From a virus (lineage: Duplodnaviria > Caudoviricetes), in the IMG/VR virus record IMGVR_UViG_3300005077_000489, positions 147,230 through 211,229 of that record: a DNA stretch of 64,000 nt. One strand, 5' to 3'. Below the pieces are notes generated by a model. It worked only from the letters and a program-made list of their open reading frames with translations. It did not search any database and was not told the origin of the DNA. This document shows, one piece after another, positions 49,266-57,815 of the stretch. Position 1 is the stretch's first letter. Each line of letters begins with the position of its first letter. A program made the position numbers and the translations under genes.

Positions 49266-49979
49266 ATGACACTAGATGAAAAAATAAGAAGTTTAGTGGG
49301 TCAAGATACAATCGTCTTTAAAGACTCCAAAGAAGGTAATATATTGTTGGAGAATATACAAAAGTATGATAGCAAAATTTTTGATAATAAATTATTAATA
49401 AATAAATTTACAAAAAATACATTTTTGTATATGCAGGGATTATATAGGTTTACTAAGTGTATTCAGCCAGAATTAATTGTGGAACTCGGAGTTAGAGAAT
49501 CATACAGTAGTGTTAGTTTTTTAGAAGGCTTACGTGGAACGACAGGGAGACTAATAAGCTTCGATCCACAATTTATTGGTAATCCCTTACTTACTGATAC
49601 TTTGAAAAGTAAATGGACATATTACCCACTGTACGATTACGAGGGGTTCGACAAGTTTTCTTTATATATCACCAATATCGATGTCCTGTATATTGACATA
49701 GACCCACATGATAGAGAGGGTACTAGCAAAGTATTAAGGGAGGGCTTCATAACAAATATAAAAAGGGATGGTTATATACTATTAGATGATACGGCCCCAC
49801 AACATCAGCAAGAAGTTAACAACAGATACAATAATCTGTTTGATGTCGGAGCAAAATATGGAGTGTTGTCTTCTATTTTAGTTTTCATAGAAGAATATAG
49901 TGATAGTATCGAATTTGCATTTAGTATTAATAATAAGGACTCTAATGGATTAACTATTATTAAATATAAAAAATTGTGA
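49266..49979 (+). CDS. Class I SAM-dependent methyltransferase (Methyltransf_24-like)
   Basis: LIVELGVRESYSS...LISFDP...IDVLYIDIDPH...GYILLDDT. Confidence 0.8.
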   Translation: MTLDEKIRSLVGQDTIVFKDSKEGNILLENIQKYDSKIFDNKLLINKFTKNTFLYMQGLYRFTKCIQPELIVELGVRESYSSVSFLEGLRGTTGRLISFDPQFIGNPLLTDTLKSKWTYYPLYDYEGFDKFSLYITNIDVLYIDIDPHDREGTSKVLREGFITNIKRDGYILLDDTAPQHQQEVNNRYNNLFDVGAKYGVLSSILVFIEEYSDSIEFAFSINNKDSNGLTIIKYKKL

Positions 49980-49992
49980 GAGATTTATAGAT

Positions 49993-51000
49993 ATGGGTAA
50001 AAAAATATGGACCGACGAAGAAAAATTATTATTAAAGAAATACTTTCCTACCACCTCAACGAATGATTTGGTGTTAATCCTTAATAATAGATATCCTTGT
50101 AAACAAATTAGATATAAGGCTTATAGTATGGGTTTGCAGAGGGATGAAAACCTCTTTATATACGGGCACACCAGGAGAAAGGATATATTAAATTTCTCTG
50201 TGGTTGATACTGAAGAAAAGGCTTATATATTGGGATTCATAGCGGCAGATGGGGCATTAGTAGAGAAAAAGAACTCCTCTTCTGTCCTATCAATAAAATT
50301 ACATAAGAGAGACCTACTACATCTTGAAAAAATTAGGGACATAATTTGTCCTAGTTTGAGTATTTATCATACTGTGCGTGATAATTGTTGCGGTATTAGG
50401 CTTGGCGATCCTCTATTATCAAATGAATTATTTAAACATGGAATTATACATAGAAAAACGTACAATCCGCAAATTCCTGGGACTGTTCCTGATCATTTAA
50501 TTAAACATTGGATACGTGGTTACTTTGACGGTGATGGTTCTGTTTATCATTTAAAGAATAATTATGATAAGATTTTTTGTCACATAACAGGATACAGTAA
50601 AAGTAACAATAATATCTTGTTAGATTTTATTCATGATACTTTTGTATCTCATATGAACAGAGAGAAAATATGTGATTGTAACCCCAGCAGGAGTCAACGT
50701 AAAGATACGGTTAGGATTTCTTATTCGCATAATAAGTCTATTTGTTTTTTGCAGTGGATATACAAAGATGCTACCATATATTTAGGTAGAAAATATGACA
50801 AAGTATTGCCTTTTATGTCTACTCCTCCCGATTGTAAAAGATGTGGTACCAGAGGGAAGTCTTATGCTTCCAAGAAATTATGGACGGATGAGGAAATCCT
50901 TCTATTAACATCCAATAAGGACATGCCTGTGGATTACTTGCTATCTATAATAGATCGGTCCAAAGAAGCCATCATGCGTAAATTAAGAGGCTTAAAATAA
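49993..51000 (+). CDS. Free-standing LAGLIDADG homing endonuclease with Myb/HTH-like WTDEE repeats
   Basis: KAYILGFIAADG and WIRGYFDGDGSV (two LAGLIDADG helices); WTDEEKLLL and WTDEEILLL at the two ends. Confidence 0.88.
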   Translation: MGKKIWTDEEKLLLKKYFPTTSTNDLVLILNNRYPCKQIRYKAYSMGLQRDENLFIYGHTRRKDILNFSVVDTEEKAYILGFIAADGALVEKKNSSSVLSIKLHKRDLLHLEKIRDIICPSLSIYHTVRDNCCGIRLGDPLLSNELFKHGIIHRKTYNPQIPGTVPDHLIKHWIRGYFDGDGSVYHLKNNYDKIFCHITGYSKSNNNILLDFIHDTFVSHMNREKICDCNPSRSQRKDTVRISYSHNKSICFLQWIYKDATIYLGRKYDKVLPFMSTPPDCKRCGTRGKSYASKKLWTDEEILLLTSNKDMPVDYLLSIIDRSKEAIMRKLRGLK

Positions 51001-51001
51001 T

Positions 51002-51757
51002 ATGCAGTATTATTGTGTGATAAGCATTCCTAAATGTGGGACTTATCTAATTAATAGTGTTCTTTCCAGTCTTTTTGATGTTACATATAGTAGTAGATTT
51101 GTGTTTGGTACAGCTGGTATTGCTGAAGTAGATAAAAGTTTAAAGGTGAATCCCCCTGTGACTAAGCACCAACATCAAGGGATATTAACACATATGTACT
51201 ATAGTAACGAGAGCCTGAGTGAAATGCTGAACCGCGGCTATAAAATAATTTTTATATATAGACATCCTTTTGATGCCGCTGTCTCTTTTGTAGAGGGAGC
51301 GATAAAAAGAATATTCCATGATCCTATGGCAAAATATATGATTACTAAATTAAAAAAATCTAACGAGGACAAATACTTTGCTTTGCTACGCGGGGTTCCG
51401 AAGATAAAACACCCAAATGCTGTGGGTCTTAAAGAGATGTATTTAAAACGTTTAGGGTGGATGGATTCAGATAAGATAATACATATAAAATATGCTGACC
51501 TCGTAGGTGAGGCTTTTGGTGGTAGTAATGAAGGGCAGCAGGAAGTTGTAAAGAGAATGTCCTCTTATTTAGAAATACCGGACGTACAGATTATAGAGGC
51601 ATTAAAAAATTCTATAGGTGTGGAATCAAAGACAGCTAAGACGTTCAGGAAAGGAACTGTAGGTCAGTGGCGTAATGTGTTTACTGATAGATTAAAATAT
51701 GAATATAATCGAGAGTTAGAAGAAATATTGAACCTTCTATATCCTATAGAAGAATAG
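51002..51757 (+). CDS. PAPS-dependent sulfotransferase (Sulfotransfer_1/SULT-like)
   Basis: SIPKCGT (5'-PSB loop), YRHPFDAAVS (3'-PB), FRKGTVGQW (RKGxxGxW). Confidence 0.88.
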   Translation: MQYYCVISIPKCGTYLINSVLSSLFDVTYSSRFVFGTAGIAEVDKSLKVNPPVTKHQHQGILTHMYYSNESLSEMLNRGYKIIFIYRHPFDAAVSFVEGAIKRIFHDPMAKYMITKLKKSNEDKYFALLRGVPKIKHPNAVGLKEMYLKRLGWMDSDKIIHIKYADLVGEAFGGSNEGQQEVVKRMSSYLEIPDVQIIEALKNSIGVESKTAKTFRKGTVGQWRNVFTDRLKYEYNRELEEILNLLYPIEE

Positions 51758-51768
51758 AGGAGTCTACT

Positions 51769-52314
51769 ATGATCGGAAACATTTTTTGGATTTGGGGTTT
51801 ATCCGGCTCAGGAAAGACTACTTTAGGTTATAGGTTAGCCAAGGAACTAGGTTTTCTTTTTCTGGATTCTGATATCGTCAGGAAAGTTCTACATTCTCCA
51901 GTGGACTTTAGTAAAGAGGGACGTCTTGCCTATCAAGAAACGTTGAGAGCACACGTGGAAGAATTACAGTATCTAGAAAACAATATTGTAGTAGCATCTA
52001 TAACACCCTTGCAGCAGATGCGAAACCTTAATAGGATGCGGTTTGATAATTATTTTGAAGTATATTTGAAGTGTGATATACCCACATTAATTGTCCGTGA
52101 TCCTAAAGGTTTGTATCGCAAAGCTTTGGACGGCGTATTGCAAAATTTTACCGGTATCTCTGGTACGTTCGAACAACCCGCCAACGATATAGGCGATGAA
52201 AATAGTATACCAGATTTAGTTATAGATACCACCGATGAGGAAAACCATAGTTACGATAAGTTATACAAGGCTGTCCTTAAGTTCACAAATTGTAGAAAAG
52301 TTGTTAATCAATAA
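51769..52314 (+). CDS. cysC: Adenylyl-sulfate (APS) kinase
   Basis: WIWGLSGSGKTT; LDSDIVR; EVYLKC...RDPKGLYRKA...NFTGIS..FEQP. Confidence 0.93.
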   Translation: MIGNIFWIWGLSGSGKTTLGYRLAKELGFLFLDSDIVRKVLHSPVDFSKEGRLAYQETLRAHVEELQYLENNIVVASITPLQQMRNLNRMRFDNYFEVYLKCDIPTLIVRDPKGLYRKALDGVLQNFTGISGTFEQPANDIGDENSIPDLVIDTTDEENHSYDKLYKAVLKFTNCRKVVNQ

Positions 52315-52333
52315 GATAGGAGGTCGTCTAAAT

Positions 52334-53062
52334 ATGCATCTTGATAATAGAATAATTAAATATACAGCTATACAACCTAATGATAGAGTTGTTTTTATGC
52401 ATGTACCTAAAGCTGCTGGTACATCGTTCTGCGTCATCTTGGAGGAGGTTTATAAAGAGAAATTTTTCAATATTGCTCCTTTCATCCCGACTACGTGGGA
52501 GCCATACTTACCGAAAGGGCTTAATCAATTTCAAGCTTTGGCTGGTCATTTTAGTATTGGCAACGGTGAAATCTATGAAATGTTCGACGGTCCTTTTGTA
52601 CATCTAACGATGTTTAGGGACCCAGTAGAAAGAGTCCTATCAGCTTATAATTATATCTTAATACATCCTGCTCACCACCAACATGAACTAATAGCAAACC
52701 GTGGTTTAGCAGAGATTTATAAGAATAATGAAGCTTATAGATTTATGTTTAAAAATTTACAAGTCCTCTTCCTGTCTGGTGCCCCTAGACCAACCAGGAG
52801 TGATTTAGAGATAGCCAAAGAGAATCTTGAGAAGTATTTCAGTATCTTCGGGTTCGTGGAGGATAATCAATGGTTCATAGACATACTCAACAAAAAGTTT
52901 GGGTGGCAGGAAGAACAAAAATTTAATAACATTAGTCAATATGATAAGTCCATCTTTTCTGTCAGGGATTTAATAGCAGAAAATAATGAATTAGATTTAG
53001 AATTATATGATTACGCTTTAAAATTATATAACAAACGTAAGGACGAGAATTATTATGGGTAA
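52334..53062 (+). CDS. PAPS-dependent sulfotransferase (Sulfotransfer_2, carbohydrate-sulfotransferase type)
   Basis: Start moved to ATG 52334 (SD GGGAGGT). FMHVPKAAGTS and TMFRDPVERVLSAY. Confidence 0.85.
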   Translation: MHLDNRIIKYTAIQPNDRVVFMHVPKAAGTSFCVILEEVYKEKFFNIAPFIPTTWEPYLPKGLNQFQALAGHFSIGNGEIYEMFDGPFVHLTMFRDPVERVLSAYNYILIHPAHHQHELIANRGLAEIYKNNEAYRFMFKNLQVLFLSGAPRPTRSDLEIAKENLEKYFSIFGFVEDNQWFIDILNKKFGWQEEQKFNNISQYDKSIFSVRDLIAENNELDLELYDYALKLYNKRKDENYYG

Positions 53063-53579
53063 ATATGGGATGTCTGAGACCGATAAGGTCAGGGATGTAC
53101 TTGCTAAGTTTTGTGTTGGTAACGGATTAGATTTGGGTTTTGGTGGCTCTGCTATTTTGCCTACTGCAATAACAGTGGACATGATAGGCGGTGCTTATAC
53201 TAATTTTAATGATGATGTTCAAAATTTGCAGGGGGATGCACGGGACTTATATTGGTTTCAAAATAATGTTTTAGATTATGTGTATTCTTCTGCATTACTA
53301 GAAGATTTTCCTCCAGAAGACACCTTGTGGGTTATGAAAGAATGGTTGCGTGTATTAAAGGTAGGTGGTAATTTAGTTTTGTACTTACCTGATGAAAAGG
53401 CTTATCAAGATTGGTATGAAAAAGCAGGGGAAGTTGCCAATCCAGGTCACCAAAACCATGACTTAAATCTAGAGTGGTTCAAAAAGCATATTGTTAGTAA
53501 ATTAAATGTAGAAATTATACATGAAAATCCTTTATCCGGGGGCTATATGTTTGAGATAGTCTTGAGGAGGTTAGCATGA
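53055..53579 (+). CDS. Class I SAM-dependent methyltransferase (Methyltransf_11-like)
   Basis: GLDLGFGG; LDYVYSSALLED; EWLRVLKVGG. Confidence 0.85.
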   Translation: MGKYGMSETDKVRDVLAKFCVGNGLDLGFGGSAILPTAITVDMIGGAYTNFNDDVQNLQGDARDLYWFQNNVLDYVYSSALLEDFPPEDTLWVMKEWLRVLKVGGNLVLYLPDEKAYQDWYEKAGEVANPGHQNHDLNLEWFKKHIVSKLNVEIIHENPLSGGYMFEIVLRRLA

Positions 53580-54163
53580 GTTTAGAGTTTATAGATTTAT
53601 ATAAAGATGTAGTGAATAATACTGTGTTAACCCCAGATAGACTGTGGCATTTGTGGGTCAATGCTAGAACTAGGGTGGGCATAGAAGGAGCCATGGCAGA
53701 GTGTGGTACTTTCAGAGGTGGCTCCGCCTACCTGTTATACAAGGCTGTCCATGGTGCTAAAAGACTACACGTTTTTGATACTTTTGAGGGAATTCCTAGT
53801 GAGCAAAGATTAGATGGAGAGCACTCACCTGGAGATTTTTCGTGTGATTATGATACAGTAAAAAGTTTTTTATCTTCGTGCGGTGGGGTGATATTACATA
53901 AAGGCCTCGTCCCCGCCAGTTTGGTTGCTGTAAGAAGAGAAACTTTTAATTTGGTCCATTTAGACATGGATTTGTACGAACCAACTTATGAGGCATTAAA
54001 ATTCTTTTGGAATAGAATGTCTGTAGACGGGGTTATAATCCTAGATGATTGGGAAAGTTTATTTGGTATAAACGATGCAGTAGAGAAGTTTGCTAGTGAG
54101 CAGGACAAAAAAATTAAGTATATGAAAACTACCGTTATGCAATGTATGCTAATTAAGGAGTAA
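53576..54163 (+). CDS. TylF/MycF/NovP-family sugar O-methyltransferase
   Basis: EGAMAECGTFRGGS; VFDTFEG; VHLDMDLYEPT; GVIILDDW. Confidence 0.9.
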   Translation: MSLEFIDLYKDVVNNTVLTPDRLWHLWVNARTRVGIEGAMAECGTFRGGSAYLLYKAVHGAKRLHVFDTFEGIPSEQRLDGEHSPGDFSCDYDTVKSFLSSCGGVILHKGLVPASLVAVRRETFNLVHLDMDLYEPTYEALKFFWNRMSVDGVIILDDWESLFGINDAVEKFASEQDKKIKYMKTTVMQCMLIKE

Positions 54164-54168
54164 GTCAA

Positions 54169-54615
54169 ATGACCATGTATTGGTGGGATATAAGAATGAC
54201 AGAGAAAGGTTGCATAAGAAATTTTCGTGGTACGAAAGTTGATAAAAAATTTATTAAAGAACATCCGTGGATTCCTAGGATATTTTATGATAGACATAGC
54301 GTAGCAGGATGGGATAGTAATTATATGGACCCAGAATATACTATACAATTTTTTTGTGATGATACAGATATTAATGTTATTTTACCCGCAGCATGGGGAA
54401 TGTGGAATAATGCAAATACCTATGCCATGGAGATAGAAGCTTTACGTTTATATCTAAAAGAGATGAAAACTAATGTTAATGCTGCTATATTCTTGAAGAA
54501 GGAAGCTATGAAACGTTGGGGAGAATGGTTGGGGGATACAGAGAACTTAGAGGAAGACATTGTTGGTTGGGAAGAAAGGGTCGATAAGAAATTAAGTGAG
54601 TGGAGGAATAGATAA
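54169..54615 (+). CDS. Hypothetical protein
   Basis: 148 aa, SD AAGGAG. Confidence 0.6.
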   Translation: MTMYWWDIRMTEKGCIRNFRGTKVDKKFIKEHPWIPRIFYDRHSVAGWDSNYMDPEYTIQFFCDDTDINVILPAAWGMWNNANTYAMEIEALRLYLKEMKTNVNAAIFLKKEAMKRWGEWLGDTENLEEDIVGWEERVDKKLSEWRNR

Positions 54616-54617
54616 AT

Positions 54618-55577
54618 ATGAAGATTTTAATTACCGGAGGGGCTGGATTTCTCAGTAATATAATTATTAGAGACCTCTTAAAAAGAGAGGATGTAGAAAG
54701 GGTTGTGGTTGTAGACTCTTTGGAGTATAAAGTAAATACTTTCTGGGATGTTTGTGATGACCTCCGTTTTCATTTTATAAGAGCAGATATATTGAGTCAA
54801 CCAGAGTTAATGGAAGATTTGTATAGAGAAGCTGATGTTATTATTCCTGCTGCAGGACCTGTAGGATATCCTAAATCAAGTTTTTATAAAGTAAATACTT
54901 GGGCTTTGAACCATGCTACAATAGTTGATATGCTACTTGATATACGTAATCTGAATAAACGTGTTATTTATCTTAATTCAAATTCTGGATATGGTATTAG
55001 ACCCGGCGAACAGATTACTGAGGATATGCCATTAAATCCCATATCGGAATATGGTCGCTCTAAGGTTGCTGCAGAAGCAGTAGTATTATCGGAATCCCAA
55101 GTTTCACTTAGATTGGGCACAGTTGCTGGAGTTAGTCCTTGTATGCGTTTGGATTTATTAACCAACGATTTTGTTTTCCGAGCGGTTAAGGACAATGTCA
55201 TCACCATTTTTCAAGGTGCCGCATCTAGAAATATAGTGGGTATAAAAGATGTTAGTAAGGCTGTAATGTTTGGGATAGATAATTTTGAGCAAATGAGAGG
55301 AAGACCTTTTAACGTGGGTGAAATAAATATAACTAAGTTAGAGTTGGCTAAGAAAATTTCAGAGTATACGGGATGCCATGTAGTAGAAGCTGAGTTTGCT
55401 GCAGATAAAGATAAAAGAGATTATAAAATTGATTGTCAGGCAATTAAAGATTTAGGTTTTAATTTTGACCAGGATTTAGATTCCTTAATTCAACAGTTAA
55501 TAAAATTTTATTCTACTATTTCTCTAACATCTGGTAATGTAAGGTTCGAGAATAATGAGTTTATGTGTTTGGTATAG
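54618..55577 (+). CDS. NAD-dependent sugar epimerase/dehydratase (extended SDR)
   Basis: ILITGGAGFL; NSNSGYG; YGRSK (YxxxK); RLDL.NDFV. Confidence 0.9.
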   Translation: MKILITGGAGFLSNIIIRDLLKREDVERVVVVDSLEYKVNTFWDVCDDLRFHFIRADILSQPELMEDLYREADVIIPAAGPVGYPKSSFYKVNTWALNHATIVDMLLDIRNLNKRVIYLNSNSGYGIRPGEQITEDMPLNPISEYGRSKVAAEAVVLSESQVSLRLGTVAGVSPCMRLDLLTNDFVFRAVKDNVITIFQGAASRNIVGIKDVSKAVMFGIDNFEQMRGRPFNVGEINITKLELAKKISEYTGCHVVEAEFAADKDKRDYKIDCQAIKDLGFNFDQDLDSLIQQLIKFYSTISLTSGNVRFENNEFMCLV

Positions 55578-55733
55578 TTATCTCTATTAGTAGTGTGCGA
55601 TAATTAAAAAAAGAATATTGGAGCCAAGATCATACATTGGCATTGGTCTATAGATGATACTATTGAGCAACTAATAAAATTTTATAAGAGTGTCTCGTTA
55701 TCATCTAGTAATTTATTTTATGAAAATTGGTAG
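55578..55733 (+). pseudogene. Vestigial 3' end of a second epimerase allele
   Basis: Frame from 55578 reads LSLLVVCDN*KKNIG...WSIDDTIEQLIKFYKSVSLSSSNLFYENW*, paralleling the upstream gene's tail DLDSLIQQLIKFYSTISLTSGNVRFEN. One in-frame TAA, no start codon. Confidence 0.65.
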
Positions 55734-55740
55734 AAATATA

Positions 55741-55776
55741 TAGTAGAGATGAATTTGTGTACTATATATTATATAG
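55741..55776 (+). promoter_or_regulatory. Phage promoter/operator motif, copy B (TAGAGA-N17-TATTAT)
   Basis: TAGTAGAGATGAATTTGTGTACTATATATTATATAG directly precedes SD GGAGG of 55786; shared with 31569 and 31715. Confidence 0.6.
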
Positions 55777-55785
55777 GAGGTCAGT

Positions 55786-56145
55786 ATGCCTTATACCATG
55801 TGGAGTGTTTGTACTTATTGTGAACGCCGTTATGTAAACTATAACGATTGGTGTGAATTATTAGATATGGACTTCATATTATGTCACGAAAGTGGGTTAC
55901 CGCAGGAAAAGAATATAACAGAGTGCATTGGTTGCGAGCTAGCAGCGTGGGAAGAGGATACGGACCTTGAATATATAGATGACCTATTTATAATGGACGG
56001 AGACGGTGAAGATGAATATGAGTGGAAAGAGTGTACAGACGGACATGAGTCTAGTAATTGTGGAGAACACGAAAGTAACTTGTCAGAGTTGCTTATACAG
56101 TCAAGATATGACCGGTGGAGGGACGGGGACTTCTTCCCGTGGTAA
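55786..56145 (+). CDS. Small acidic Cys-rich hypothetical protein
   Basis: SD GGAGG; CTYC, C, C, CIGC motifs. Confidence 0.55.
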   Translation: MPYTMWSVCTYCERRYVNYNDWCELLDMDFILCHESGLPQEKNITECIGCELAAWEEDTDLEYIDDLFIMDGDGEDEYEWKECTDGHESSNCGEHESNLSELLIQSRYDRWRDGDFFPW

Positions 56146-56302
56146 AGTGATCTATTGTTGCCTGAACCCCGAGCCCGTAATGAAGGAAGCAAAACAATTC
56201 TGCGGGCAGGGGTTATGGTTGATCGAAGGTGAACTTTATGTTTTTAAGGAAGCCTTTATGAAGATATATAGGAGGGGTGAAGATGAGTCAATGGAGAGAT
56301 GA
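56045..56302 (+). CDS. Small Cys-rich hypothetical protein (overlaps 55786 ORF)
   Basis: TCQSCLY...YCCLNP...FCGQG pattern typical of small phage metal-binding proteins. The start may be 56006 or 56045. Confidence 0.4.
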   Translation: MSLVIVENTKVTCQSCLYSQDMTGGGTGTSSRGKVIYCCLNPEPVMKEAKQFCGQGLWLIEGELYVFKEAFMKIYRRGEDESMER

Positions 56303-56987
56303 TTGGGGTGGTAGCGTTAATTACGGAAATAAAAATGAAGTTCTAATTAATGTTATCCTAGATAAATCCGGCTCGATGTATGATGATCAGATTGATACTA
56401 TTAATTCTTTTAATAGTTTTTTTAATGAATTTAAAACAGAAGATGGGATAGATTATAAGGCTACATTAACATTATTTGATACTAATGTTACTACATTATT
56501 TCAAAATGTACCTGTAAAAGATATTCCTAAACTAGATACTACTAATTATTGTCCGGATGGGATGACTGCACTATATGATGCTGTGGGCAGAACTATAAAG
56601 AATGTAGGCGAGCCCGCACAGGATACTAGGGTGTTTATGCTAATTATAACTGATGGACAAGAGAACTCTTCTTTGGAATGGAGCAGAGAGGGAATAAAGA
56701 AGTTAATAGAAGAAAAAACAGAGTTACCTAATTGGACATTTACTTTCTTAGGCACTGGTATAGATGCTTGGGCTGGCGGAGGTTCCCTAGGTGTTGGTTA
56801 CGGTAACATCGCTACTTGGAACGGTGGTAATACAGTAAGTGGTATGGCTTGTAACTTAGCACGTTCTGTAAAATATTATTCTGGTATTACTTTGGATAGT
56901 TTTGTTGCAGAAAAGAGTTCGTATTTTAAAGGGGCTACAAATCTGTCCAATGCCGATACTTGGCAAGCAGACACGGAGGACAAATAA
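56283..56987 (+). CDS. von Willebrand factor A (vWA) domain protein
   Basis: Start ATG 56283 (SD GGAGG). ILDKSGSM (MIDAS DxSxS), GMTALYDA, IITDGQENSS. Confidence 0.88.
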   Translation: MSQWRDDWGGSVNYGNKNEVLINVILDKSGSMYDDQIDTINSFNSFFNEFKTEDGIDYKATLTLFDTNVTTLFQNVPVKDIPKLDTTNYCPDGMTALYDAVGRTIKNVGEPAQDTRVFMLIITDGQENSSLEWSREGIKKLIEEKTELPNWTFTFLGTGIDAWAGGGSLGVGYGNIATWNGGNTVSGMACNLARSVKYYSGITLDSFVAEKSSYFKGATNLSNADTWQADTEDK

Positions 56988-57012
56988 TGGTATCAGGGAG
57001 TAATAGAATTAG

Positions 57013-57801
57013 ATGCCTAGACAATGGTTAAAATGGACAGAAAACGACAGGATTACCCTGACTCAAGTATACTCAAATTTATCAAAAGAAGATATACAGA
57101 AATTGCTGCCGTCCCGTTCTTGGGGGAGTATAAAAACTTATGCTCGTAGTTTAGGATTATCAAGAAATAGGATTCCAAAGACAAAGTGTATATTAGATTT
57201 TTCTAAAGTAGACTCTGAGGAGAAGGCTTATTTAATAGGTTTTATAGCTGCTGACGGTAATATATCAAAAAGAACAGCTAATCGTAGGCTGAAAACTTTA
57301 AATATCTCTTTAGCTGAGAAAGATGAGGCGCATCTTAAATTGTTGAGGAATTTATTATGCCCTAATTCTGTAATAAGAAAATGTAGGAAGAGAATTGGAC
57401 AAAATATGTACGAGTTTAGTTTGTGGGATACAGAAACATGCGATTCATTGATTAAATTAGGTATAGTCCCAAATAAAAGCAAAATTCTAAGACTACCGGA
57501 TATAGATAATTTTTTATTTATGGATTATCTTAGAGGTTACTTCGACGGAGATGGTTCTTTTTATACGGATAAAAGTAATATATTACATGCAGAGTTGGTA
57601 AGTGGTTCTGAATTGTTTCTCGCTGATATTAATGAAAAATTGAAATTATTTCTAGGACTTTCCTCAACTATAACTAAGTGTAAAACCGCTTTCAGACTAC
57701 GTTATTATAATAATAATGCAATAATTTTGGCTAAAGGATTATATGCTAATGCTACGATTTCTTTAGATAGAAAATATAATATTATTAAAAATTTTATATA
57801 A
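57013..57801 (+). CDS. Free-standing LAGLIDADG homing endonuclease (paralog of 49993)
   Basis: KAYLIGFIAADG and YLRGYFDGDGSF; N-terminal WTENDRITL. Confidence 0.88.
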   Translation: MPRQWLKWTENDRITLTQVYSNLSKEDIQKLLPSRSWGSIKTYARSLGLSRNRIPKTKCILDFSKVDSEEKAYLIGFIAADGNISKRTANRRLKTLNISLAEKDEAHLKLLRNLLCPNSVIRKCRKRIGQNMYEFSLWDTETCDSLIKLGIVPNKSKILRLPDIDNFLFMDYLRGYFDGDGSFYTDKSNILHAELVSGSELFLADINEKLKLFLGLSSTITKCKTAFRLRYYNNNAIILAKGLYANATISLDRKYNIIKNFI

Positions 57802-57815
57802 AGGAGATTATAAAT

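Noticed and set aside
49980-51001. LAGLIDADG genes (also 57013-57801) as intron- or intein-encoded
   Set aside because: The flanking genes are complete on both sides, the gaps are too short for group I intron cores, and the ORFs have their own start and stop with no intein splice motifs.
47679-54163. Methyltransferases as restriction-modification DNA methylases
   Set aside because: They lack N6/N4 (D/N-P-P-Y) and C5 (P-C) catalytic motifs, are short, and resemble small-molecule/sugar MTases.
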